From positions 62,001 through 126,000 of the forward strand of contig JAQGDQ010000060.1 in NCBI GenBank assembly GCA_030141605.1: a DNA stretch of 64,000 nt, read 5' to 3'. The stretch is from Tubiluchus corallicola (Eukaryota; Animalia; Priapulida). The notes beneath the pieces are model-generated. The model saw only the letters and a list, made by a program, of their open reading frames with translations. It did no database searches and had not been told where the DNA came from. The first letter of the stretch is position 1. Each line of letters opens with the position of its first letter. Of the stretch, positions 52,341-64,000 are shown piece after piece. The position numbers were made by a program, and so were the translations under genes.

Positions 52341-55300
52341 ATGGATGAAGGCTCCGATTCGGAGGTGGAGCCTGAAGTTGAAACCGTCCTCACTTGCCAG
52401 GGAAGCCTAAGCGATCCGCTCTTCCATGAGAAGCTTGTTGCCTTGACTACGAAACTGAAACGATTGCTTCGGACTGGTAAGACAAACTAACCAATCTCAG
52501 TTCAGAGATCTATCATCTCCTGTTGGTTTTATAATTTCGTGTGAAGGAATTGAAATATTTCTCAGCTTTCACTCGGACTAACAATGAGACTTTTGATTTG
52601 CCGGATCGAACGGAGTTTACTGCTTACGTTCACTCGTAGCTCTTACGCAGTTCAACTGACCATGTTCATTAATTAACGTAGAACTTTTGTAGTTAAAATA
52701 AGCTAAACTCAGCGTAGAAAAGCTTTGTTAATCCGTGGCAAGAAAACTTCAAAATTAGTGATCATATTAAGTACTTCAAATTTCTTGCAGTAACAATAAC
52801 CTACAGTAGATGCGACAACACTCGCATCTGCAGAAGTGCAATATTGAAAAAGACTTGCCACCTGTGCACGTCATAGCCTGTTACATGGCTTCATTCAACG
52901 TTGCTAATTCAGTGTAGCGTTTAATAATTTTTATATTATTGTTACTTTTGTTTGGCTCTGCCTAGAGCATCCTGTGATTTTTTTATTCATACATTTGGTC
53001 CAGTTCAACTTGATTTTACAAACAAAGGACTGACTTGATTCAGCATATTAGAAGTTGTGCCTCGTTAGCACTTGTAAGTGCTCGTGCTTATGTTATAAAG
53101 TTAAACTGCCGTGAACGTTTTTACCGCATCTCAGTCTTTCTGTGTACGAGTTTTGCACATATCTAAGAGCAAGAGGTAACTCGTATGCAAGTTATTTCTA
53201 GACCCATGCAGTGCTTGTAAAAATGACAAAGAGTGTAATTATGTGTGGACTAAGGATGAGCATTCTGTACCAGAAAGCAAATTCGAATCGAATCGAATTT
53301 GTTACTTTCGAATTCGAATTGAGTTTGAAAGATTTTCGAACAAAGATCGTGCATATTACTTGATTTTGTTCCACAGCGAAAAACGCTATTACTTTGTTAA
53401 AAATTTTGTGCAGTAACTGTAGCTATTTTCATGCTGTTTCAAACATTTTAATGATAAAGAAAGTGTGTGGCTGAAGTGCTGAATTATTCTAATCTATAAT
53501 TTTAGGCTCGAATCGAATTCGAACGTTCGTACTCGAACGTGGACTGAGCTTGTGTACGCATCGTACAAGATATTAGATGAAAATCTTTGTCCCAGTTTCC
53601 ATGTTTAGTTTCCATTTTTCCTGAATAAAAATCTAATTAGAATATAACAGAATTAATTATTATAATCTTAATGTCATAATATTGTTATTCATGGTACAAA
53701 CTCACAATTGATTAAATTTTAATACCAACTGAAAGTCGGGAAATGCAAAAAAAGCTGAATACTGCCTGGATTTGAACCAGGTCATTTTTCGCATTTCGTG
53801 GTTTTCAATTTAGTTGATGGAGGTTGTGTCATCGAGAAATAATAGAATTTGGAGATAAAAACAAACAGTGCAAGTATATGATTGCTAAACATTTACAAAA
53901 GTGTGTTTATGGCATTATAAAGCATAAACACTAAGTAAACACTACGCAGTTGCAGGTAATTTTTTTTGTATGTCGAACAAGTGCACCTTGACATTGGTCA
54001 AGAAATTTTTATTCTTATATTAGTCTTGTTATTATTAAAAATTTGGACAAATGTCGGTGTATTTGTACTTTTAAATGACAGTTATGATTGTAAAAAATTG
54101 TTTGACTGCCTTCCATGGCTATCGTTCTTCTTCCACCATCTTAATGTACAAATATACCATGTCATTAACTAATTTTTTCAATTTTTATTACTAAAATAAA
54201 ACTCGTGCAGAATACTCTAATGGTTGTGTATTTTCAGGTGTTTTTCGCGTGGTCAAAGTGGAACCGTGGAATAGCGTCCGCGTAACGTTCAGCATCCCAC
54301 GCGATGCTGCACAACGATTAAAAAATCTAGCTCAGCACACCGACGGCGTGCTGCGAGAACTGGGCATTCTGTCCGTACAAGTCGACGAGGAGAATGTGAT
54401 TTTGTTGAAAATTGCTGGGACCAACAACGAAGCGCATGAGATCGTTTTGAAAACAAACGATAACATTGCCTCGTCCACACCGAGTGCAGCGTCTAACGAA
54501 TCGGGTGCGAGCGATGCGGACGTGCAGAAAAACGTGACACAACTTACGAGTGTTCAAAACCAGATTGATACAAATATGACTGTTTTCAATCAAATTGCGA
54601 GCGGTGACGTTAACCACCTGTTTCGTTCGCCTAATGTGGTGGCACCGAATAGTGATCCGCTTCCGTTCCAGCAACCCCGAGTAGTGGGAGCTCGGCGGCC
54701 TGCCAACACCTATCCCAGTATGCAACAGACACAGTCCATTAGTTCTAGTCACTTGCCATCGTCGCCTGTCATGATGTCAGTACCAGTGATGCATCCGCAG
54801 CAGAGGCTCCATTCTTCGTCCAATCAGGTTTATGCAAATTCCCAGTCAGTGGGATACGTCCCGCAGACGAGCATCAGTGTCAGTAGTGTGGCGCGCATGG
54901 TAGCCAGTAGCGAGGTGGCGCTGTCAAGCCCGCTGCTCGTGAACTTGCTTCAAAGTGGTGGCAGCACAGCTGCTGATGCTCAAACCCGCATGTTGAGTCC
55001 TCCACTTGCGGACGGTCCCGTCAAAAAGAAGCGTAAACCTCGACGGTCGAAAGAGAAACACGAGGATATACCGAAGTCTGTTTCACCTATTGCTGCTGTG
55101 GAAGAGCCACTTCCTCCTGGCATGCGGCACATAATCAATCCGCTAACTGGACACTTGGAGCCTGTGGCAAATGAAGATTCCGAGTCGAGCCCCGGTGCAG
55201 TCGACCGTTTGGAGAATTCTCACGAGCTCCCTGTTATGTCCCCTCAACTTCGCACACTTTCGGATGATGTAGATCCGGACAAAACAGATACTGATCAAGC

Positions 55301-58300
55301 GGAGGAGTCAAATGAGTCTCCGCCAGTGTTGGAAAAACAGTATAAAGTTAGTGAGAGTTTAGAGACATTAAAACCCTCTGTAAAAGTAAAAACGATAGTG
55401 TCACCGTCAGAATCGCCACCTCGTCCGCCGACTGTGTTAAAAATTACATCTACAAGAGATAACTTGGGGAACACCACGTTTATGGTAAAAGCTCGTTCGC
55501 GCGATGTCAAATCAAAGGAGGAGAAAGTGTTAAAGAGGGCGGAATCGTGCAAGGATGAGCCAAAATTGCCACCAATCCGTATCAAGGTTCCCAAGTCGAG
55601 TATAGCGGGATTGGATTCGTCCTTGGTTACGAACAGTCCGGGAAGAAAGCGGTCATCGAAGGAACGATCACACAGCTTGAGTGTTGAACGAACATCAGCT
55701 GATGTAATGAGGCCGAAGGACTCATTGTTAACATCTGATGAGCATGGTACGTTGTTTCTGTTTTAACAAAATTTACATTAAACTAACATGGGTTTAAAAT
55801 CTATAGCATTGTTTGTAATACTGATTCCCCTACAGCTGTGCATGGACAAGGAAACTATAGGTTAACACGCACTAGATCACTTTGCTTGACCTTGGTCATA
55901 TCTAATGAGTTCAAAGAACTAATTCGACACTTTTTTGTTGCTTCAGTTGTACAATATTTTTGTGTAATACCCGTGATGACATTTAGCCTCATTAATGATA
56001 CGTAATATGAGAAACCATTTAGAGATTTTTTTCATAGCTCCTACAGCTTCTAAAACTCTCTACTTTGGGCTGTTTGCCTGCAATGACACAAACATGTTTT
56101 AGACCTATAGGTGGAATTAATTAATTTACAAATATAAACGCTTCCGTTTCCGTCAAATTGCCTTCGTAATTTTTTGACCCAGTAATTTTATCGTATTTTG
56201 TGCGTTCATATACTTACCTGGTGCAGCCATATAAAAGCGTGTTTTTTAATTTAAAACATAAAACGCAATAATTATTATAATATCATTGTTTTGACGAGGG
56301 TGCAGCCAAAACAGAGTGTTTTTCTACAGCTAACTCTCGGGCCAGGCCAGGGTTGTCTTTTTGTATGATTCTGATTATCATATTGGAGGCTGAAATTATT
56401 ATATTTTCAGCTAACTTATCGTATTAGCTACCGAGCAGTATAGCCGTTTATAACGTAATTATCAGAACATGTGATAATTTAAGACTTCATACTGTATAAA
56501 AAGGGAACTAAATGATAATCCATAATTATGCAATAATTTAGTAATGCCAAAACAAAAAACTAAAAACAAATTTTGATTTCAACTGGATTTAAATAGTCCA
56601 GGATTCAGCTTTAAACATTTGCAAAGCTTTAAGAAAAAAATATTTTCCTCATTTGGAGGCATATTTTGAGCTCAAGAGGTAAGGCAGAAACAAAAAACTT
56701 TTTTACCCGGTCCGGGCTCTGTCACAGTATTTTACATTTCGCGTTAAGTTTAATTCCGAAAATTGAATAAATGACTGGTGTTTTGCACCTTTTAAACTAC
56801 CATTCATTCTGTGTTCAAACAAGTCTAAAACGTTAATAATATCAGATGGGCTGAAGCCTTTCTTCCTGAACGTTATATTCTTGGTGCATTTACAAAACAA
56901 AAAAGCCAGAAGCAGAAAAGCAACATCTAACATCAAAAATTTTTTGTATAAACTGTATTTCTGTATTTTTAATACTCGCAACATGCGTGGAAACTTCGAA
57001 GAACACTCTGCAATATTTTCACTCCAGTATTCATGTTACATACACTTAAGAAGCCAGTGTTTATAAGAGTTTATTAATACAATATGTTTAACAATAAAAT
57101 TAAGAAATTGGCCGTAATTTGGTCTTCAACAAATACTGTACTGTAATTATTATTTCTTCAAGACTGCAAAAATTCTGTCTTCTATTATTAAGTACCTAAA
57201 GAAAGCAGTTTGCACGTTAGGTCATTTTTAATTTACCACACATTTACTTTACAGGTAAACAGAATTTTTGAGGGTAGGTAGTAAATGACCATGTTACGCT
57301 CCATTAAAGTTTCAGTACTATTCCTCACATACAGTACAATACTGAAATGCCACAATTTTTTATTTTCTTTTCGTATATCGAACATGTATGTGTGTTTACA
57401 GTTATGTGTTATAGTTACATGTTAACTATAGTTACGATGTTAACATGTATGTTACTATGTTACCATGTTAACTATAGTTACATGTTATAGTAACATGTTA
57501 CAGTTACACCTTATATATGTAATTAATGACTGTTTTTAATGACTTTGCTCTTAAAGGAAGACCAGACGATTGTTTAGACTCAATCTCATTTTAATTTACT
57601 GTCCAAGATATACATTTTCTTGCCTATAAAAGTTAACAATTGTTCCTTATATTTGAATAATTAGCTTAGAAAGTTAATTAACGGCAACCAAACACGGCTG
57701 TTGCTTACGTCAGAACCTAACCACTGTTTGTGCAATGGCAGGCGTCCTCCCTTGCGCATCAAGCACATTTGCATAAGCGTTACAGTACTGTTTAAACGCA
57801 TGATGTCACGAAAAATGGGCTTTACATCATATGACGTCAGAAACTAACACTGCAGTTCATGATCATGCTTATCACGGTACCGCCTTTTATTTATCGGCCA
57901 TGCAAATGTGACAGATAGGCGCCGCTCCCAATCTTAGTAGATTCACTGAGCTGCGAAAGTTTAATGAAATTTGACTATCCGAGGTACTTATTATTTAATC
58001 TTAGCCTTGATTTAAAAAAAGGCTATTGTAGTTTTCAATATTTTAGAGCATTCTTTATTCTGAACTCGTGTTTACACAATCATCCGGTTTTCCTTTAAAA
58101 TAGCGCACTACTTTTTTTATTTTACTAGATAAGTTGAATTCATAGTTTTCGGTTAATTAGCAGTCGTTCATAATTTTGAGCTTGACTTTTTAATGGCAAA
58201 ACAATTTGCACCTGGTAACCTTGACGGCTAGCGCGTCAGAAGCAAAGCTTTTCCTAAAATATGCGACATGAATATGCAACTATGCACCCTGAAACACTCG

Positions 58301-61300
58301 TGAAATGCTTGGGGGTTTATACACATTAATAATTCATGTATTTAGACTGAAATTAAATTAGGTTTGTTATGCGTTAAGTCCTAGAAGATGCATATTTTAC
58401 AAGAAGCTCATGGCTGTATTAAACTTCTTTTGACGCCAGCAAATGCCTAGATACATATGAATGACTAATGTTGTCCCACACACGTTTATAATTTTTGTAC
58501 ATATATTATATGTATATACAGTATGGTTTAACAATTACATTTATATGTGTACAGTATCATTTAACAGTTACATTATCAGATTTATGCTTAAATTTACATA
58601 AAAAATGTAGCATTTAGGTAGACTATACCTGGTTTAAAAGATTAAGTAGTGCAGATATATATCTCAAAGTCACCAAAAAATGTGACACTTCATAATTGTT
58701 CACGATAATATTTCCTCATGAAAAAATTGTCTTTATATACCTTATGATCAAACATGTAAATGTCATTTTCTTTATTCATGGCAATTCGCAAGTTCCCTGT
58801 TTTACAAAACTGTATAATTATTTTATTTTCTGTTTATGCTTAGAGCAATTCTGGCTTCTATACTATCTAAAATTTGATTAAAGGACTTACTGGGAAAAAA
58901 ACTAAAATTAAAAGAAAAAACAACACCATTATGTTGTACTCATAAAAATAACTTTATTATTATCTACAATACTGATTAAAATTATTTATTTCACTTTATA
59001 TGGGGGAAGGGAATAGAAGAGCGTATGGTCGTTCCCTTTCCCCACACATAGGGGGAGTAAAAGACCGTATGGTCGTTCCCTTTCCCCACACATAGGGGAA
59101 GGGAGTAAAAGATCGTATGGTCATTCCCTTTCCCCACACATAGGGGAAGGGAGTAAAAGACTGTAAGGTCGTTCCCTTTCCCCACGCATAGGCGAAGGGA
59201 GCAAAAAACCGCATGGTCATTCCCTTTCCCCACACATAGGGGAAGGGAGTAAAAGACTGTAAGGTCGTTCCCTTTCCCCACGCATAGGCGAAGGGAGCAA
59301 AAAACCGCATGGTCGTTCCCTTTCCCCACACATAGGGGAAGGGAGTAAAAGACCGTATGGTCTTTCCCTTTCCCCACGCGTAGGCGAAGGGAGCAAAAAA
59401 CCGTATGGTCGTTCCCTTTCCTCACACATAGGGGAAGGGAGTAAAAGACCGTATGGTCATTCTCTTTCCTCATACTATTTAAATATTTACTTGTCAACTG
59501 ACTACAATCTGTATATCTTGTTAATGTGTGAAATAAAAATTGTTACGTCTGAAAGAGATAGCATAATTTTTTACGCCTTGGAAAGAAAAAGTTTTGAAGC
59601 AATCGCCTCTATGCAAAAGCTTACCCTATGCCGTACCAAATGGCAAAGTTTGAAACGACGAGAAATATGCATTTGTCATCTCTGTTCAAACTTTTTTTGT
59701 GCTGTTTTTGAGACCATTGGTCCCATGCTGGAAAACATGATTTATATTACATGTTTTAAAAGCAAGCCTCATATTTATATTGGCATACACACTAATGTTT
59801 GCTATGGTTTCAGTGGATTTACTAGTAAATCAAATAAAAACTTGTTTAGTTATAGGTGTTAAATGCATCTAAAGCTCACCCGTATTTAAAACCACACTGT
59901 GAAGTGCAGTTAATTTCAGGTCAAAAATTATCTAATGGACATGGTCGCTAAATTTATGTAAATGCGTATGTCTACACTGAACTGCTTCTTTCATTTGAAG
60001 GGCATGACCTGGTTCATTGTTGGGAAAATAGATTTTAGTATAAAACTATTCATGCATTGGTATAAAATTTTGCCCTTATGATGTGAGCTACAAGTTTACT
60101 TGCTCTTACACCAAAGCCAGATTATCCTATAGGTTACTATAGGCTGCCAGCCAGGACCTCTCAAGCTTTGGTAACATTTGGTAAAAAGTCTGTTTTCAGG
60201 GCGAGATTATCGTATAGGCTCGTATAGGCTGCCAGCCAGGACCCCTCAAGCTTTGGTAACATTTGGTAAAAAGTCTGTTTTCAGGGTGAGATTATCGTAT
60301 AGGCTCGTATAGGCTGCAGCCAGGACCCCTCAGGCTTTGGTAACATTTGGTAAAAAGTCTGTTTTCAGGGCGAAATTATCGTATAGGCTCGTATAGGCTG
60401 CAGCCAGGACTCCTTAAGCTTTGGTAACATTTGGTAAAAAGTCTGTTTTCAGGGCGAAATTATCGTATAGGCTCGTATAGGCTGCCAGCCAGGACCCCTC
60501 AAGCTTTGGTAACATTTGGTAAAAAGTCTGTTTTCAGGGTGAGATTATCGTATAGGCTCGTATAGGCTGCAGCCAGGACTCCTTAAGCTTTGGTAACATT
60601 TGGTAAAAAGTCTGTTTTCAGGGCGAAATTATCGTATAGGCTCGTATAGGCTGCAGCCAGGACTCCTTAAGCTTTGGTAACATTTGGTAAAAAGTCTGTT
60701 TTCAGGGCGAGATTATCGTATAGGCTACAGCCAGGACCCCTCAAGCTTTGGTAACATTTGGTAAAAAGTCTGATTTTTCACTAGGGTTGTGTTGAAATAT
60801 AATTTGGTATGCAATAAATATTAAAGTAGTGGTATTTCTTAATTTTTATTCTTTAAGGCAAAAGACAAACAAAAGATAGCTATTCTAGTTTAAAGAATTT
60901 GCAGTAAGTTTAGTTAAATGTTTATAAATATCATGAGTAGAAAACATTCAAGATGGGTGCAGGGGGAATTAAAGGACCACTCTTTCTGAGGGGCCTCATA
61001 ATTTCATAATCCTAGGGACCCAAAAGGTCATAATACGGCCCTGGCTGTCACATAATTCTCAAATATTATAATGTAGTTCTAGAGTGCTGGCATTATGATG
61101 TGGTTTTTTACTGTCACTTTCATTTTGGCTAGTATAGAACTCAATCATGTGGATAGTTATGTTTTGCTGTCATTTAATAGAAAATCCTAGTTCCTACTCT
61201 GTCTGTGTATCCGTGATGACTACATTAACTGCATTTAATTAAAACATACATTTTCCATGTTTTAAAATGCAAGACAAAATTACTATGCAAAAGTATGCAT

Positions 61301-64000
61301 GCTGAGGCTGTAATTCACCATCAGATCATTGACATCTAGTGCGATACTGTTTTCGCGTTTTGCAAAATTTTCAGCATTGCAAACAGTCTGATTCAGTTTC
61401 ACTTTTGACTTTCAAGAATAGAGGGTGGTTGCAATAATTGCCATTTTTCTCTTTGCAGATAAACCGATTACTGTGACTCGCATGGAAGACATCACGGAAC
61501 CCAGTGATTTGTCGCAAGGAGTTGACTCCACTACTATTGTCATCGGCGTTGAAGGTCCGAAACTCGAGGACGAATCACTGCGAGACCAGGAAAGTGTGAG
61601 AAACATCGTAATTGATCCGGATTTAGAAGCAAAATCTGAAATCCGAGTTAGTCGCTTGGACAATGTGATCGACGATTTGTCAGTTGGTCCAGGTGCAGTG
61701 GCACCAACTGACACCGTGTTTGATAAGGCGGCCATAGATTCTATTAGTGGTGGTTTTCTAAATGCACCATCGATAAACAGTAAAGTGAACTCTCGGAGTA
61801 TTCCAGCGTCGGCTTCACCAAAATCTACGATTCGCAGTGAGTGTCTCAGTGTAACAAATGTCGCAAACTGTTTACCTCAAAGCGCACGCAGCTCTGTGAG
61901 TTACGGTGAGAAAGTGCCCGAATTAAAGCCGGAAAACATTGTAGTAAGCAAAGAGGAGCATTTAAAATCGAGCGAGTTGTTGGCTGCTGAATGCTGTCGT
62001 GATAGTGGTAAGGGTACGAGTCCAGAAAGTGAGCGGGATAAGAGTCCCGAAAACAGTGATAAAGGAAAAAGTCCAAACAGTCTAAAAGATCTTACTGAGT
62101 TGGATGAGTGTTTAGACGAGAGTAGTAAAAGTCCAACAACTAGCATAGCGAAAGAACTGTGGCTTGGTGCACATTCTCAAGAGCTTGTGAAAATAGCATT
62201 TGCAAATGGACAGCAGTCACTCGCCTCATCGCACCTTGCACCATCATCTGACTATGGTGCTCTTGAGTCGGATAAAGTGGGCAGCAGTGAGTCAGCTGGT
62301 AAATTTTACCGAACTTTCTTAGAAACGTTGCCCTCGCATGTGAAATTAAAGGGTATGAATAACATGCTTTCTGCCAAGGCAGGAATGGAAAACACGAGTG
62401 AAATAACTACAAATTTAGCTCAAGTCACTGGTAAAAATCCGAAGTCGTTTCTAGCACCTTCTGCAGATTATGGCGTATCAAAAACGGCTTTCCAAAATGT
62501 TTTCTTTTCGGACAGTTCTGAATCTCGCACGCAGTATGGGAAATCTTTCTCGTCTGTGCCGAGTGTGGGCAGTAGAACAAGACAGTTAGGCAAAAGTGTT
62601 AATTCGTCTACCTTGCGAAAGTCACACACTTCGTATAATCAAACTGGTAACGGTTCCTTGTCAATTTGTGCCAACAGCGGTGGAGATAAAGCTGAGAATA
62701 CGGGCTACAATAGTAGTGCTAAATCGTGTGGAATTGCTTCAGTAACGACGACAGTACCCCCTAGCAGTAGAGGGCACCTGCCCCCAAGCTCAACAGTTAA
62801 TGGTCCAAGTAGTAACAGCTCAACCATATCTGTGACGGAGATGGTTGCTAGCATATTAAACGCATATAGTGTTATGCAGTCCACTGCAGGCAGTGGTACT
62901 TCTGTGAGTAGTTCTGCAAGGGACATTTCAAACAGACATCCACCGCCGGCTTCATTAGCACATTTAAATCCAGCCAGTTGTGAAAATGGAGCACATGTTC
63001 ATCCCAAACATCAGGGATCAGTGCTTGCCGATTTGAGAGGGCAGCATTTGGCAGTGGCTTCTAGTGCCGTGTTAACATCTCCGCTTGGCAAATCCTTAAC
63101 TTCTGATGTTGACGCATCTTCTGGTTCAGCAGCAATGCAGACTTCTACCTCAGCCGCGTGTGTATCCAGTACCATTTCACCTCGATCGCGAACAGCCTTT
63201 TCGAAACCTGCGCCGCTTCGGATTCCAAAAGAACAAATAACTGGGCCGACTCAAGTTGCGTCACCTGTTAATTTAGCGTCAAGTTATCTCTTAGCTGCTG
63301 CCAACCTCACCCAATCAGTGCAAGCATCTATGTCTCTAGCATCTTCGAATTTGTTCGGTCCTTTGTCGCCTCCGCTACCTAAGAAAGGTGGCGGCGGTAA
63401 ATCATCTAGTTCACCGAGAGCCAAAAGTGGAAAAACTGGAAACAAGCGGTCGTCGAGTCCTGGCGCAAGTTCACCTCGTGGTTCACATGCTCACCAGTAC
63501 GGAAACGGCACCAGTCCGCGAGCTTTCGCCGATGCGGGAAAATCTAGTGCAACAGTTGTATCTCATTTAGGTAGTATAAATCACGCAACGTCTCTGATTG
63601 ACAACATACCCCTGCCTAGTATTTCTAGTTCTACGCCAACAACCTCTATTACTAGTGGCCATGCATCGGTATTTGCAACATCAAACACGCTGGCAGATGC
63701 ATGTAAAGACACTGGACCTGAAATAACTGTTTGGAGTTATAATCGCTGCGCATCCGAACAGCATTCACACCATCATCGGGTACCTTTCATTGGTGAAAAC
63801 AATATCCTGTGTGGGTCTCAAGATTCTGAAGTATCCGTGTCCAGTTTTGTTCCGAATGCAACTGACCATGACTACACGCCGCAGTCTGGTGACGATCTGA
63901 CAAAGCAAGAGTCTGAGGAAGTGATTTCTACCACGATCGTTGTCATGTCACCTGTGAAAGACGCTGAAGAGTTCCAGATTGACCTAAAAGAAAAGACGGA
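52341..64000 (+). CDS. NCOA6: Nuclear receptor coactivator 6 orthologue, 3'-partial; join(52341..52476,54238..55746,61459..>64000)
   Basis: [27 protein letters not shown]...[11 protein letters not shown] is the conserved NCOA6 N-terminal domain. [10 protein letters not shown] (LVNLL at 54936-54950) is the NCOA6 LxxLL-1 motif. Both introns are GT-AG phase 1. The third exon is S/T/P-rich and appears open to the window end. Confidence 0.92.
53252..53545. mobile_element. hAT-Ac-like TTCGAA-array MITE (copy of 26714-27138)
   Basis: TAAGGATGAGCATTCT terminus, TTCGAA arrays, shared internal block. Confidence 0.6.
57555..58094. mobile_element. Kolobok-like MITE
   Basis: TTAA|AGGAAGACCAGACGATTGT ... 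ACAATCATCCGGTTTTCCT|TTAA: TTAA TSD, AGG termini, imperfect ~26-bp TIR. Confidence 0.75.
59001..59474. repeat. Minisatellite, 10 x 48-bp self-complementary units
   Basis: TAGGGGAAGGGAGTAAAAGACCGTATGGTCGTTCCCTTTCCCCACACA; units start at 59001, 59049, 59093, 59141, 59189, 59237, 59285, 59333, 59381 and 59429. Confidence 0.95.
60119..60772. repeat. Minisatellite, ~8 x 84-85-bp units
   Basis: AGATTATCGTATAGGCTCGTATAGGCTG(C)CAGCCAGGAC...AAGCTTTGGTAACATTTGGTAAAAAGTCTGTTTTCAGGGCG. Confidence 0.95.

Noticed and set aside
53747-53830. tRNA gene on the minus strand (T-arm CCTGGTTCAAATCCAGG plus oligo-T)
   Set aside because: Only the T-arm and a terminator-like run are recognisable; there is no A-box, anticodon arm or acceptor pairing. 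At most a decayed SINE or tRNA fragment.
57395-57510. Palindrome-rich GTTA/TAAC tract as a structured element
   Set aside because: Degenerate low-complexity repeat (GTTACAT/GTTATA) with no consistent unit or boundaries.
58991-59497. Repetitive minus-strand ORFs ([11 protein letters not shown]...)
   Set aside because: A by-product of a 48-bp unit lacking stops; several frames are open, and unit 2 has a frameshifting 4-bp deletion.
59001-60772. CRISPR-like arrays or ribozyme arrays
   Set aside because: Units are head-to-tail without unique spacers, there are no cas genes, and the context is a eukaryotic intron. No hammerhead core (CUGANGA plus GAAA) is present on either strand of the 48-bp unit.

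Overview
Eukaryotic, AT-rich, intron-rich animal (invertebrate-like) genomic DNA; the organism cannot be identified from this window alone. Four spliced protein-coding genes can be rebuilt by hand from GT-AG junctions. (1) A + strand gene at 1910-9800 encodes a ~1017-aa protein with three tandem pogo/Tigger-type DNA-binding modules (Brinker-like HTH plus CENP-B-like HTH), one AT-hook and no DDE catalytic domain. (2,3) Two tandem minus-strand mu-class glutathione S-transferases (17808-29453 and 33370-44878) have 7 coding exons each, and each has a perfect CNC/Nrf2-sMaf element (ARE) in the intron after its first coding exon. (4) An NCOA6 orthologue starts at 52341 on + and runs off the window end. 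Introns and intergenic DNA are filled with non-autonomous DNA transposons (TA-flanked Tigger/mariner-like, hAT with 8-bp TSDs, TTAA-flanked Kolobok-like, and two unclassified TIR families carrying CTCF/ARE/RFX-like motifs). There are also two LINE 3' fragments, a 3'-half tRNA-Leu relic and several minisatellites, one of which is built from 48-bp hairpin units. No CRISPR array or prokaryotic features are present. The best candidate for an undescribed system is the triple-module, transposase-derived DNA-binding gene with its phase-1 cassette exon architecture. All family assignments come from motif recognition, not database searches.
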